From: Rhodospirillaceae bacterium
Lineage (GTDB): Bacteria > Pseudomonadota > Alphaproteobacteria > Rhodospirillales > CALINB01
DNA length: 64,000 nt
Assembly: GCA_038114465.1 (NCBI GenBank)
Contig: JAYNQW010000007.1
Coordinates: forward strand, 71,212-135,211
Reading direction: 5' to 3'
The notes below the pieces were generated by a model. It had not been told where the DNA came from. It saw nothing but the letters and a program-made list of their open reading frames with translations, and ran no database searches. Shown one piece after another: positions 1 to 8,184 of this stretch (within the stretch, counting starts at the first letter, position 1; every line of letters starts with the position of its first letter). A program made the translations under genes and the position numbers.

Positions 1-985
1 CGGCGATAGCGGCTCCCTCGGTTTCTCTGAGCGTACGCAGGACTTCTTTATCGCCTGGCGGTTTCGGTGATTTGAGCCCGCCCGGCAGCACGTTCATGTC
101 TTCCCAGGTAACGGTTTCATCCTTGCCTTCTCTGAAGGCTTTCACCAACGGCGCACAGCCTTCGTATTGCGTCACCACCAAACGCGGCTTGTGATTGCCG
201 TCGTTGATCCAGCCCAAAGATTGCGCTTCCTTAAAAGCCTTGAAAATACCGATGGCGCCGACGCCGCCACCGGTCGGATAGAATACCGCATCGGGCAGTT
301 CCCAACCGAGTTGCTCAGCGATTTCCCAGCCCATGGTTTTTTTGCCTTCTAACCGATAAGGCTCTTTTAAAGTGCCGCAGTTAAACCAACCGTGTTCATC
401 GGCCGCCCGCTGCACCATGGCTCCTGCGTGTTTCCAATGGCCTTGCACCATATAGGTTTTTGCACCCGCCAGACTGCTTTGCTGCAGACTGGAGATCAGT
501 GAATCTTCAGCAAGCAAATTGACGCAGTCGATCCCGGCACGTGCGCAATACATCGCCCACGAACCGCCCGCGTTGCCGGAACTGTTGTGCACGACGGTTT
601 TAATGCCGAGCTCACGAAACCGGGTCGCTGCGACGGTCGCACCGCGATCCTTAAACGTCCCCGACGGATTGCGCCCTTCGTCCTTGACCCAGATTTCCTT
701 GCAGCCAAGAAGCTTTTCAAGTTTGGGCGCGCGCAACATCGGCGTCCAGCCTTCGCCCAGTGTTACCGCGTGATCAGGGTCCTGTGCCGGCAGGATCGGG
801 GCGTAACGCCACAGCGAAGCGGGGCCGGCGGCGATATCGTCTTTCGTGACGTCTGATTTCATGCGTTCGATATCGTAATGACATTCGATAATACCGCCGT
901 CCGGGCACGTGTTGTTGACCGGCTGATCGATCGGCAGGCGTTCGTCACTTGTCGAACAGGTGATATGCAAGAGATAACTTTTCAT
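1..985 (-). CDS. threonine synthase-family PLP-dependent enzyme (N-terminal ~328 codons; C-terminus runs off the window)
   Basis: Hand translation of the minus strand from ATG at 985: MKSYLLHITC...GEGWTPML...KDEGRNPSGTFKDRGATVA...HNSSGNAGGSWAMY. It contains the PLP-lysine motif SGTFKDRG. It is absent from the ORF track because it has no stop inside the window. The short + strand ORFs at 167-856 are antisense shadows. Confidence 0.75.
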   Translation of the reverse strand, partial: MKSYLLHITCSTSDERLPIDQPVNNTCPDGGIIECHYDIERMKSDVTKDDIAAGPASLWRYAPILPAQDPDHAVTLGEGWTPMLRAPKLEKLLGCKEIWVKDEGRNPSGTFKDRGATVAATRFRELGIKTVVHNSSGNAGGSWAMYCARAGIDCVNLLAEDSLISSLQQSSLAGAKTYMVQGHWKHAGAMVQRAADEHGWFNCGTLKEPYRLEGKKTMGWEIAEQLGWELPDAVFYPTGGGVGAIGIFKAFKEAQSLGWINDGNHKPRLVVTQYEGCAPLVKAFREGKDETVTWEDMNVLPGGLKSPKPPGDKEVLRTLRETEGAAIA

Positions 986-989
986 GATT

Positions 990-1880
990 TTACTTTTTCT
1001 TTGCTAGGTATTCCGCCGTCATTTTGGAGCAATCGTCGAGGGTCGTGCCGCGTTTGCGGTCCTCAACGACTTCCTCGCCCAGGGGCGAGTCGGCGATGAT
1101 TTGAAAGAATTTCGCGCCGACCGGACCGACTTCGCTCGGCAGGCCCAACGCTTCGAACGTCTTGCCGATCTCTTCGGCCTCGCGCACCCAACGGTAGGCC
1201 TTCGGCGGCGTGAGCGTGACCCGTTTAGCCGCCCAGTTGTAGCCGTCTGTCTGCGACGATTTAAGTTCGTGTTCGACTAAATCGAAAACGCCCAGGGCTT
1301 CGGCGGCGGCAAACGTTTGTCCGGCCATGGCGACCATGGTTTTGGTCATTGAGGCAAAACACATTTTTACCGCGGCGGCGCGGCCAATTTCATCACCGCA
1401 CACAATCACGTTTAAACCGAAATCCTTAAATTCATCGAAGTCTTTCGCGTAGGGGCCAGAAGCATAATACCGGGTTGGGTTTTTTTCCGGCTTCGGTGGG
1501 TTGCCGAGAATGCCCACATCGACGAAACGCGCGCCGGCAGGCTCTACAATATCCCGGATTTCTTCCTTGGTTGTCGGCGCCAGCGCATTGCAATCCGCAT
1601 ATAAAATCGATTTGTTCGTTGCCTTGATATGCGGCGCCAGTTTTTCGGCGAGAGGAATTGCATCACCCGGCGGCAAAATAGACAAAAATGCATCGGCCTC
1701 GCGGATTAACGCCTCGTCATCGCCCACATCTTCCATACCGGCTTTTTTAGCAAGATCGATTGAGCGCTGACTGCGTCCAGTCAGATTGGTGATGACACGC
1801 AGGCCATGGCGCACCAATTGCCCGGCGGTTCCCGAACCCATGTCCCCTTGGGCGACGACGGCGACAGTTTGTAAGGTCAT
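990..1880 (-). CDS. NAD(P)-binding 6-phosphogluconate/beta-hydroxyacid dehydrogenase-like oxidoreductase
   Basis: ORF 990..1913. The internal start MTLQTVAVVAQGDMGSG (Rossmann GxGxxG) is preceded by GGGAGAG. Its stop lies 4 nt before the downstream thrC-like start. Confidence 0.7.
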   Translation of the reverse strand: MTLQTVAVVAQGDMGSGTAGQLVRHGLRVITNLTGRSQRSIDLAKKAGMEDVGDDEALIREADAFLSILPPGDAIPLAEKLAPHIKATNKSILYADCNALAPTTKEEIRDIVEPAGARFVDVGILGNPPKPEKNPTRYYASGPYAKDFDEFKDFGLNVIVCGDEIGRAAAVKMCFASMTKTMVAMAGQTFAAAEALGVFDLVEHELKSSQTDGYNWAAKRVTLTPPKAYRWVREAEEIGKTFEALGLPSEVGPVGAKFFQIIADSPLGEEVVEDRKRGTTLDDCSKMTAEYLAKKK

Positions 1881-2070
1881 CTGATCTCTCCCTAGATCCA
1901 GGATTTCGGCCATTGATGACCGTTTATCCGGTTGTCATGAATTTGAGGCACACTTTACGCAATGACAGCCCGTGATGCCATCACCTTCATGTCAAGAAAA
2001 CTCAAGAAATCCGCGAAATACGGACAATTTTTAACAAGCGATAGCCGCCATCTATCCAGCAAACGGCTAA

Positions 2071-2092
2071 ACTATGCTTCTGTATAATTGAT
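2071..2092 (+). promoter_or_regulatory. promoter-like element ACTATGCTTCTGTATAATTGAT containing TATAAT (copy 1 of 2)
   Basis: This 22-mer recurs with one mismatch at 3586..3607. TATAAT lies at 2083-2088, 62 nt upstream of the XRE ATG. A second conserved block is at 2111-2129. Confidence 0.4.
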
Positions 2093-2150
2093 AGGACATG
2101 GATTCTGCGTGTTTATTAAATCATTACAACTCAGCCCTAAGGAACCCCAC

Positions 2151-2483
2151 ATGGCACGGCCTAAGACTGATACGTCAAACGCCCAGCGCTTATCGATGCG
2201 CCAGCTCGGCAGCGCATGGCTCCGGGAAAAACGGGAAAAATGCGGCCTTTCACAACGCGAGGTCTCAAACCGTCTCGGTATCGATAGCCATACGTTTATT
2301 TCCGCCATCGAATCCGGCGGCCCATCACTGCCTGAAGACCGCTGGGAGGAATACGCACAAATTCTTGGCATTGACTGGCCGGAATTTTGTAAAAATATGA
2401 TCATGTATTTTAAACCCGATATCTACCGGGGTTTATTCGGTGAACCGTCTAAAACAGAGACTCAACAGGGAAAGAAAGCATAA
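2151..2483 (+). CDS. XRE-family helix-turn-helix transcriptional regulator
   Basis: ORF 2088..2483, with start MARPK after AAGGA. The HTH-like segment is LREKREKCGLSQREVSNRLGIDSHTFISAIESG. Confidence 0.8.
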   Translation: MARPKTDTSNAQRLSMRQLGSAWLREKREKCGLSQREVSNRLGIDSHTFISAIESGGPSLPEDRWEEYAQILGIDWPEFCKNMIMYFKPDIYRGLFGEPSKTETQQGKKA

Positions 2484-2487
2484 CCGC

Positions 2488-2826
2488 ATGTCCGTTTTAC
2501 CGCTAAACGTAAAACCGCGTGATTGGAACGACGAAGAACAAAAAATTTTTAAGGCCTTGCACGAATTCCGGATAGCCCGAGCTCGCAATTGTGAGTACAT
2601 CACAGGCTTGGCCGACAATAATGCGCCCTATTTCACGCTTTATGTTGGGAATACCGGTGAAGTGATATTTCATGTTTGCCGAGGCCCGAACGAACAAGGA
2701 TATATTGTTATGGGGCCGACACGAAAAACATGCTTTGTCAAAAACATCAAAGAACTCTATCGTTGTTTTGGAATTTTAAAGGCTGGGCATACGCCGGAAC
2801 GTTACGCCCATGGCAATAACTGTTAA
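2488..2826 (+). CDS. hypothetical protein, copy A of a duplicated ~110-aa family
   Basis: ORF 2440..2826, with likely start MSVLPLNVKPRDW at 2488, 4 nt after the XRE stop. It aligns collinearly with ORF 3679..4008: DW..EEQ..F, Y/ITGL, P.FTL.V..TGEV..H.CRGPN..GY.VMGP.RKT.F. Confidence 0.7.
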   Translation: MSVLPLNVKPRDWNDEEQKIFKALHEFRIARARNCEYITGLADNNAPYFTLYVGNTGEVIFHVCRGPNEQGYIVMGPTRKTCFVKNIKELYRCFGILKAGHTPERYAHGNNC

Positions 2827-3560
2827 TGACAAACCAACATCTGCGTTCCGACTTAAAAGATTTTTGGGAAGAAACGATCAAGGATTGGGATGCCAACCGG
2901 CACGGTGCCAACAAAAAAGCCATGCCTTTGCTTTACCGGCTGACCCACACCCCATCCGCAGCCGTCCGGTTCCGCAAACACGTTGTTTTGGAACACTTAA
3001 AAGAGCACGTTAAAGGCAAGCGTGTCATCGAATTGGGCTGCGGCACCGGCCGGATCAGCCAGCAAATCATCGAATGCGGCGCCATAAGCTATTTAGGATA
3101 TGACATTGCCGATAACGCCGTTGCCATGGCGCAACAATCAATTGAAGACTCGTCAACGGATGGCCGTATTCGGTTTCAACAATCCGATATCGGCGAGCTC
3201 CCGCCGCTGGATGCGGATTTTATTTTTTCCATGGGCCTGTTTCCCTGGCTGAAAGATGAACAAATCAATCATTTATTCGCAATCAGCGGCAAAGCCGACT
3301 TTCTACACACCAGTAACGAACGGGGCTTAAACCTCCGGCAAAAACTGCGCGGCCTTCACCAGCGCTTAACCGGCACGGAAAAATATCAAGTGACACTTCG
3401 AAATGCTGATATCATTTTTAACACTGCTCAACACCATGGCTGGAAACACCTCTATGTGTTTCGTCATAAAAATTTGGCAACATTATCTTGCCTTAGCTCC
3501 CTGCCATTTCCGGACCACCTGGGCACGCAAAAATTATTCGGCACATCACCAATAAATTAA
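2826..3560 (+). CDS. class I SAM-dependent methyltransferase
   Basis: Motif I is VIELGCGTGRIS and the post-I acidic residue is in YLGYDIA. The ATG overlaps the upstream stop (TAATG). No DPPY/NPPY-type DNA methyltransferase motif was seen. Confidence 0.8.
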   Translation: MTNQHLRSDLKDFWEETIKDWDANRHGANKKAMPLLYRLTHTPSAAVRFRKHVVLEHLKEHVKGKRVIELGCGTGRISQQIIECGAISYLGYDIADNAVAMAQQSIEDSSTDGRIRFQQSDIGELPPLDADFIFSMGLFPWLKDEQINHLFAISGKADFLHTSNERGLNLRQKLRGLHQRLTGTEKYQVTLRNADIIFNTAQHHGWKHLYVFRHKNLATLSCLSSLPFPDHLGTQKLFGTSPIN

Positions 3561-3585
3561 AAAATTCAGGTCTTTTGAGTACAAT

Positions 3586-3607
3586 ACTATGCTTCCGTAT
3601 AATTGAT
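3586..3607 (+). promoter_or_regulatory. promoter-like element ACTATGCTTCCGTATAATTGAT containing TATAAT (copy 2 of 2)
   Basis: It matches 2071..2092 at 21 of 22 positions. TTGAGT lies 17 nt upstream of TATAAT (3598-3603). The second conserved block at 3625-3643 matches 2111-2129 at 16 of 19 positions. Confidence 0.45.
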
Positions 3608-3678
3608 TTATTCACGCAATAGGCGTTTAGTAAATCATAACCAATACGAGCTTTAAAACCGAATGCCGAGGGAGCATC

Positions 3679-4008
3679 ATGTCAGTCGTCCCTTTTAAAG
3701 CGATCCCGAAAGATTGGGATAAAGAAGAACAAGACACATTTGTAGAACTTTATAAGTTCTGGATCGGCCGGGCACGCAGATGCCAATACATTACCGGTTT
3801 ATCCGAAGACAAGTCCCCGTTCTTCACGCTTTTTGTCGAAAAAACCGGTGAAGTCATGATGCATATCTGCCGCGGTCCCAACGGACTAGGCTATTTAGTC
3901 ATGGGACCGTCCCGTAAAACGACATTCGCATTAACAACAGCGGAGTTGCGCAGCGGTTACGCAAAATTAGATGGAGAGTATTTGATTAAATATTACGGCC
4001 AAAAATAA
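3679..4008 (+). CDS. hypothetical protein, copy B of the duplicated ~110-aa family
   Basis: ORF with a GAGGGAG Shine-Dalgarno. It is roughly half identical to copy A over the first ~85 residues by eye, with a divergent C-terminus. Confidence 0.75.
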   Translation: MSVVPFKAIPKDWDKEEQDTFVELYKFWIGRARRCQYITGLSEDKSPFFTLFVEKTGEVMMHICRGPNGLGYLVMGPSRKTTFALTTAELRSGYAKLDGEYLIKYYGQK

Positions 4009-4041
4009 ACGATCATTAACAATAAAGATAAGAGAACAACA

Positions 4042-4218
4042 ATGATGATGGCACGCGCCGCAAACAAAGGTTCCCGGGGGGAATCGGAAATGTTCGACAT
4101 CGCACGCTCGCTCGTCGAGGTGGCGCAAAAACTTTTCCCCGACGTCGATGATGAAGAATTGAAACGAACCTGCGAAGCCGCCCTCGACGTCGCCATCGAT
4201 GAGTCGAAAAGAAACTAA
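4042..4218 (+). CDS. small acidic hypothetical protein (58 aa)
   Basis: Hand translation: MMMARAANKGSRGESEMFDIARSLVEVAQKLFPDVDDEELKRTCEAALDVAIDESKRN. It falls below the track length cutoff and competes with the antisense track ORF 3993..4196. Confidence 0.35.
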   Translation: MMMARAANKGSRGESEMFDIARSLVEVAQKLFPDVDDEELKRTCEAALDVAIDESKRN

Positions 4219-4235
4219 ATTAATTCTATATAAAA

Positions 4236-4322
4236 TGGTGGGCCCGGCGAGACTCGAACTCGCAACCCTATACAGGGGACAGATTTTAAGTCTGTTGTGT
4301 ATACCAATTCCACCACGGGCCC
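4236..4322 (-). tRNA. tRNA-Leu (anticodon UAA), long variable arm, CCA encoded
   Basis: The reverse complement reads GGGCCCGTGGTGGAATTGGTATACACAACAGACTTAAAATCTGTCCCCTGTATAGGGTTGCGAGTTCGAGTCTCGCCGGGCCCACCA. It has a 7-bp acceptor stem, anticodon stem ACAGA/TCTGT with loop CTTAAAA, and T-loop GTTCGAGTC. Confidence 0.9.
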
Positions 4323-4421
4323 GCTTCGGAATGGATCGTTTGTGAGCAGAACCTATCGCGCGGCCCGCTTCTTCGCAAGCCCAACGCGGTGCAGCCGGAT
4401 GAGCGCACTTTTAGCGCTCCT

Positions 4422-4670
4422 CTAGCGCACCATGCAGCGGAAGAACGTCAGCTGGTCTTGCCCCGCGCCTTCGCCGCGACCGTTGAAAACGGCTTTTTTC
4501 TTAAAACTTCTACAATGCCCTTCGGCCACGGCGAGGCTATCGTAACCGGGCGGTGCCGTGATCGAGATTTTGTCCGCGTCACCGGAAATTTTGACAGTTG
4601 CCTTATCGCCGAAACAACCGGCTACGCTCAATGCCATCCCGGCCACAATAAACACCATTAAAAATTTCAT
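4422..4670 (-). CDS. small lipoprotein (82 aa)
   Basis: Internal start MKFLMVFIVAGMALSVAGC within ORF 4422..4769 (signal peptide plus lipobox L-S-V-A-G-C). Confidence 0.6.
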   Translation of the reverse strand: MKFLMVFIVAGMALSVAGCFGDKATVKISGDADKISITAPPGYDSLAVAEGHCRSFKKKAVFNGRGEGAGQDQLTFFRCMVR

Positions 4671-4702
4671 ATCCGGCATCTCCTTTGCCTGATCGTGTTG
4701 CT

Positions 4703-5476
4703 TTAATTCCCAGCGCCGAGCACGGTTTCTTCGACCGGATCGCCACCGCAAGCCCGGATCAGATCGCAAACTTTATCCGTCACCGTTTCAAGTTCGCCTT
4801 CATCCGGCGTTCGTACAACAATGCGAACACCAGTCTGCCCCTCGCGCGAGAAAAACGGATAACTGCCGATTTCCACATCGGGAAAATCGCCCTGCAGATC
4901 GCCAAGTCCGGAAGCAAGGTCCCCCTCTTTGGCGTGGCTCGCGATGGTGCGCGACAAGACCTGTGCCCCACCCGCCAGCTCATGTTTAATGCCCTCGAAC
5001 ATCGCATGCATGACCCGCGGAATGCCGGCAAATACGTAAACATTTTCGATATGAAAACCAGGCGCCTGGCTGACCGGGTTATCGACCAGCACCGCCCCTT
5101 CGGCGACTTCGGTCATTTTCAACCGTGCCTCATTAAGGTCTTCCGGTTTGTATTTTTTTTCGAACAGCGCGACGGCATCCGGATGGCGAATAAGCTTCTT
5201 GCCGAACGCCTTGGCGACACAGGCCGCCGTGATGTCATCGTGGGTCGGACCAATACCGCCGGTGGTAAAAACATAATCATATTTCGCCCGCACTTCATTC
5301 AGGGCGGCGACGATGACGTCCTCTTCATCGGGCACCACGCGCGCTTCGGCCATACGCACACCGATGTCGGTTAGTTGCTCGGCCAGAAAGCCGAGATTCT
5401 TGTCCTTGGTGCGCCCGGACAGCACTTCGTTGCCGATTATCAACAAACACGCGGTGGGCCGTTTTTGTTCCGTCAT
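4703..5476 (-). CDS. molybdopterin-binding (MoCF/CinA N-terminal domain-like) protein
   Basis: LLIIGNEVLSGRTKDKN and TTGGIGPTHDDIT are motifs typical of the MoaB/MogA/CinA fold. Confidence 0.8.
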   Translation of the reverse strand: MTEQKRPTACLLIIGNEVLSGRTKDKNLGFLAEQLTDIGVRMAEARVVPDEEDVIVAALNEVRAKYDYVFTTGGIGPTHDDITAACVAKAFGKKLIRHPDAVALFEKKYKPEDLNEARLKMTEVAEGAVLVDNPVSQAPGFHIENVYVFAGIPRVMHAMFEGIKHELAGGAQVLSRTIASHAKEGDLASGLGDLQGDFPDVEIGSYPFFSREGQTGVRIVVRTPDEGELETVTDKVCDLIRACGGDPVEETVLGAGN

Positions 5477-5541
5477 CTTCTTACTTTTCTAATTGTCGCA
5501 TTAACTAATTGCGGTCTTGGAAACACGTTGTAGCCGTTCAA

Positions 5542-6465
5542 TCAGAAGTTTGCCAGTTTGAAAATTTCATCACCGAAAATTTTACGGGCTTCCTCGTGTT
5601 GCGGGCCGACCGCCTTGACGAATGCACTGTGTTCCTCAGGCGTAAGATTAACAATCTCGCAGCCCTGGTCTTCGATCTGCTTCTGTGCGTCAACCGCCTC
5701 CTGTTCGGTCAGGCCCCGCTGATAAACGATCGATTCCTGAGTGGCTTTATAGAGAGCCTCCCGCAATGCGGCGGGCCATCCGTCGACGGTATCGCGATGC
5801 GCGAAGATCGGCCTGGAAATATAAAAATGCTTTGAAAGCGTGTGAAATGGATGAAACTCGAGAACACCGTAGGTGATGGTGTTGGCCAGGGGGTTTTCCT
5901 GGGCATCCAATGTGCCGTTAACGACTCCGTCGATGGCCTCGGTGAGATCCATCTTCATCGGAACCGCGCCCAGCAACTCGAAAGTACGCGCCTGAACATC
6001 GCTCGGCATGACCCGCATTTTCATGCCGTTCAAATCTTCGGGTTTGTGGATCGGACGCAACCGGTTCGAGATGTGCCGAAAGCCGTTTTCGTAATATCCC
6101 AAGATGCGGTAGTTGAATTTGTCTTCAATTTTTTGCGTGAGATACTTTCCCAGGGCGCCATCCATGGCGGCCCGGGCTTGATCGTTGTTCTCGAATAAAA
6201 ACGGCAGATCGACAAAACCCAATTCCGGCACACGTTCGGTCAGGTAACTGCTTGATTGATAGCCGAGGGTTAAGAAGCCATCCTCGACCAGCCACAGGAT
6301 ATCCTCACCGCGATAACCGAGGTCTAGAATATTCCAGACGTATTTCACATCGACGCCGTCGCCGAACTCGGCTTCGAGCCGGTCACCGATGAACTTTAAG
6401 GATTTACTGAATGCCGTCGTCGGTGGGCCGTATCCGCCCATCCGTATTTTTATTGGTTTGCTCAT
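5542..6465 (-). CDS. TRAP-type DctP-family solute-binding protein homologue without signal peptide
   Basis: Full-length DctP-like domain (LKFIGDRLEAEFG..., RVMPSDV..., LDAQENPL). The ORF starts MSKPIKIRMGGYGP with no hydrophobic leader. Only 9 nt separate it from the mutT stop. Confidence 0.8.
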   Translation of the reverse strand: MSKPIKIRMGGYGPPTTAFSKSLKFIGDRLEAEFGDGVDVKYVWNILDLGYRGEDILWLVEDGFLTLGYQSSSYLTERVPELGFVDLPFLFENNDQARAAMDGALGKYLTQKIEDKFNYRILGYYENGFRHISNRLRPIHKPEDLNGMKMRVMPSDVQARTFELLGAVPMKMDLTEAIDGVVNGTLDAQENPLANTITYGVLEFHPFHTLSKHFYISRPIFAHRDTVDGWPAALREALYKATQESIVYQRGLTEQEAVDAQKQIEDQGCEIVNLTPEEHSAFVKAVGPQHEEARKIFGDEIFKLANF

Positions 6466-6474
6466 TCGGTGTTT

Positions 6475-6933
6475 TTACAGCAAATCGCGAAGAATTGCGA
6501 TCAATGGTGCATCCGCCGGCGGCATGGGATAATCGCCCAGCCGTACGGGACGCTCCCATTTGATTTCCTGACCCTCACGCGGTGTGATGGCGCCCTGCCA
6601 CACCCGGCACACGAACAGCGGCATCAGCAGGTGAAAATCGTCATAGCAATGCGAGGCGAATGTCACGGGCGCGAGGCAGCTTTCGGTGATATCGATGCCG
6701 AGTTCTTCATTCAGTTCGCGCACCAAAGCCGCTTCCGGCGTTTCACCCTCTTGGACTTTGCCGCCGGGAAACTCCCACAGCCCGGCCATGGCCTTGCCGG
6801 CCGGGCGTTTCGCGATCAGCACACGGCCGTCCGTATCGACCAGGGCCGCCGCACTCACCAACACCGTCGGCAAGCCGGTCGCCGTTTTCGTTTCAACATG
6901 CAGACAGCCGTTGTCAGGACCGGTAATCGGCAT
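6475..6933 (-). CDS. mutT: Nudix hydrolase, MutT-like (8-oxo-dGTP diphosphatase family)
   Basis: Nudix box GGKVQEGETPEAALVRELNEELGI. The start was chosen at MPITG (6933), overlapping the argJ end. The longer track ORF would overlap argJ by 146 nt. Confidence 0.75.
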   Translation of the reverse strand: MPITGPDNGCLHVETKTATGLPTVLVSAAALVDTDGRVLIAKRPAGKAMAGLWEFPGGKVQEGETPEAALVRELNEELGIDITESCLAPVTFASHCYDDFHLLMPLFVCRVWQGAITPREGQEIKWERPVRLGDYPMPPADAPLIAILRDLL

Positions 6934-8143
6934 TGATCGAAATGTATTCGTGGGTAAGGTCGCAGGTCCAGACGGTCGCTTTCCCTTTACCAGCGCCGAC
7001 ATCAATAGCGATATCGACGTTTTGACCCTTAAGGTGTTTTGCGACCGGACGTTCGTCATATCCCTTCACGGCACCCTGACCGTTCGCGATCAGCACGCCG
7101 CCGATTTTAATCTTGAGTTTCTTCTGATTGACCCGGTCGGGGGCTTTGCCGACCGCCATGATCAAACGGCCCCAGTTGGCGTCTTCCCCGGCGATAGCCG
7201 TTTTCACCAACGGTGAATTCGCGACTGTCAGGCCGATCCGCCGGGCAGCGGCATCGCTGGCCGCCCCTGTTACCGTGACCGAGATAAACTTACTCGCCCC
7301 CTCACCGTCTTTGACGATTTGATGGGCGAGGTCGATCATGACTTCGTTGAGAACTTTACAGAAGTTTTTTAAGTGCGCGTTCGATACCGCGGTGACTTTT
7401 TTATGATCCGCTTTACCGGTCGCAAACATCAACACGGTATCGCTCGTCGAGGTGTCGCTATCGACGGTAATGCTGTTGAACGATTGATCGACGGATGCCC
7501 TCGTTAATGCTTGCAACACCCGCGAGGGGATTTTCGCATCCGTAAACACATAAGCCAGCATCGTCGCCATATTCGGCGCAATCATGCCCGAGCCTTTGGC
7601 TATACCGGCAATGTTGACGTTCTTACCGGCAATCGTCGCCGTGCGCACACAACCCTTCGGAAACGTATCCGTGGTCATGATTGCGCGTGCACCGTTTTCC
7701 CAATTGCCGGCTTTTAAGGCACTTTGCATGCCCGGCAGACCATCGAGGATTTTCTGCACCGGCAAATCTTCGCCGATCACACCGGTCGAGCACACATAGA
7801 CCTGAGATTTTGGGCACTGCAACAGCGCCGCGGCGCTTTGAACCGTTTTCGCAACCGCCCGTTCGCCGGCCTTGCCGGTAAACACATTGGCATTGCCCGA
7901 GTTCACGACCAGGCCCCGTGCCACACCACCCTTAAGAGCCTTGCGGCACCACTGCACGGGCGCCGATGCGGTTTGCGATTTTGTCAATGTGCCCGCTACC
8001 GTGGTTCCCGGCGCGGTTTCCACCAGCATCACATCAAGCCGCTGGCGATACCGCAAACCCGCCGCCGCGGTTGCGAGCTTAACCCCCGCGATCGCCGGAA
8101 TTTTGGGAAACCGTTTCGGTGCCAATGGTGATGTTTTGGCCAT
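6914..8143 (-). CDS. argJ: bifunctional ornithine acetyltransferase / N-acetylglutamate synthase
   Basis: 409 aa with hallmark segments TTDTFPK and the self-cleavage region [11 protein letters not shown]. Confidence 0.95.
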   Translation of the reverse strand: MAKTSPLAPKRFPKIPAIAGVKLATAAAGLRYRQRLDVMLVETAPGTTVAGTLTKSQTASAPVQWCRKALKGGVARGLVVNSGNANVFTGKAGERAVAKTVQSAAALLQCPKSQVYVCSTGVIGEDLPVQKILDGLPGMQSALKAGNWENGARAIMTTDTFPKGCVRTATIAGKNVNIAGIAKGSGMIAPNMATMLAYVFTDAKIPSRVLQALTRASVDQSFNSITVDSDTSTSDTVLMFATGKADHKKVTAVSNAHLKNFCKVLNEVMIDLAHQIVKDGEGASKFISVTVTGAASDAAARRIGLTVANSPLVKTAIAGEDANWGRLIMAVGKAPDRVNQKKLKIKIGGVLIANGQGAVKGYDERPVAKHLKGQNVDIAIDVGAGKGKATVWTCDLTHEYISINADYRS

Positions 8144-8184
8144 GGCTCATGATCCATGCGTGTTATGCAAAATGAGCGAGGTTT

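Noticed and set aside
3993-4196. 67-aa minus-strand track ORF between paralogue B and tRNA-Leu.
   Set aside because: It is Ser/Ala-rich and low-complexity, and it lies antisense to a better-looking + strand 58-aa ORF that has co-orientation with the islet genes. Neither is strongly supported.
1914-4322. Integrative element at tRNA-Leu (integrase, att direct repeat).
   Set aside because: No tyrosine or serine recombinase or excisionase ORF is present in the islet. I could not find a copy of the tRNA 3' end at its distal border by eye. It is therefore reported only as an islet, not as a mobile element.
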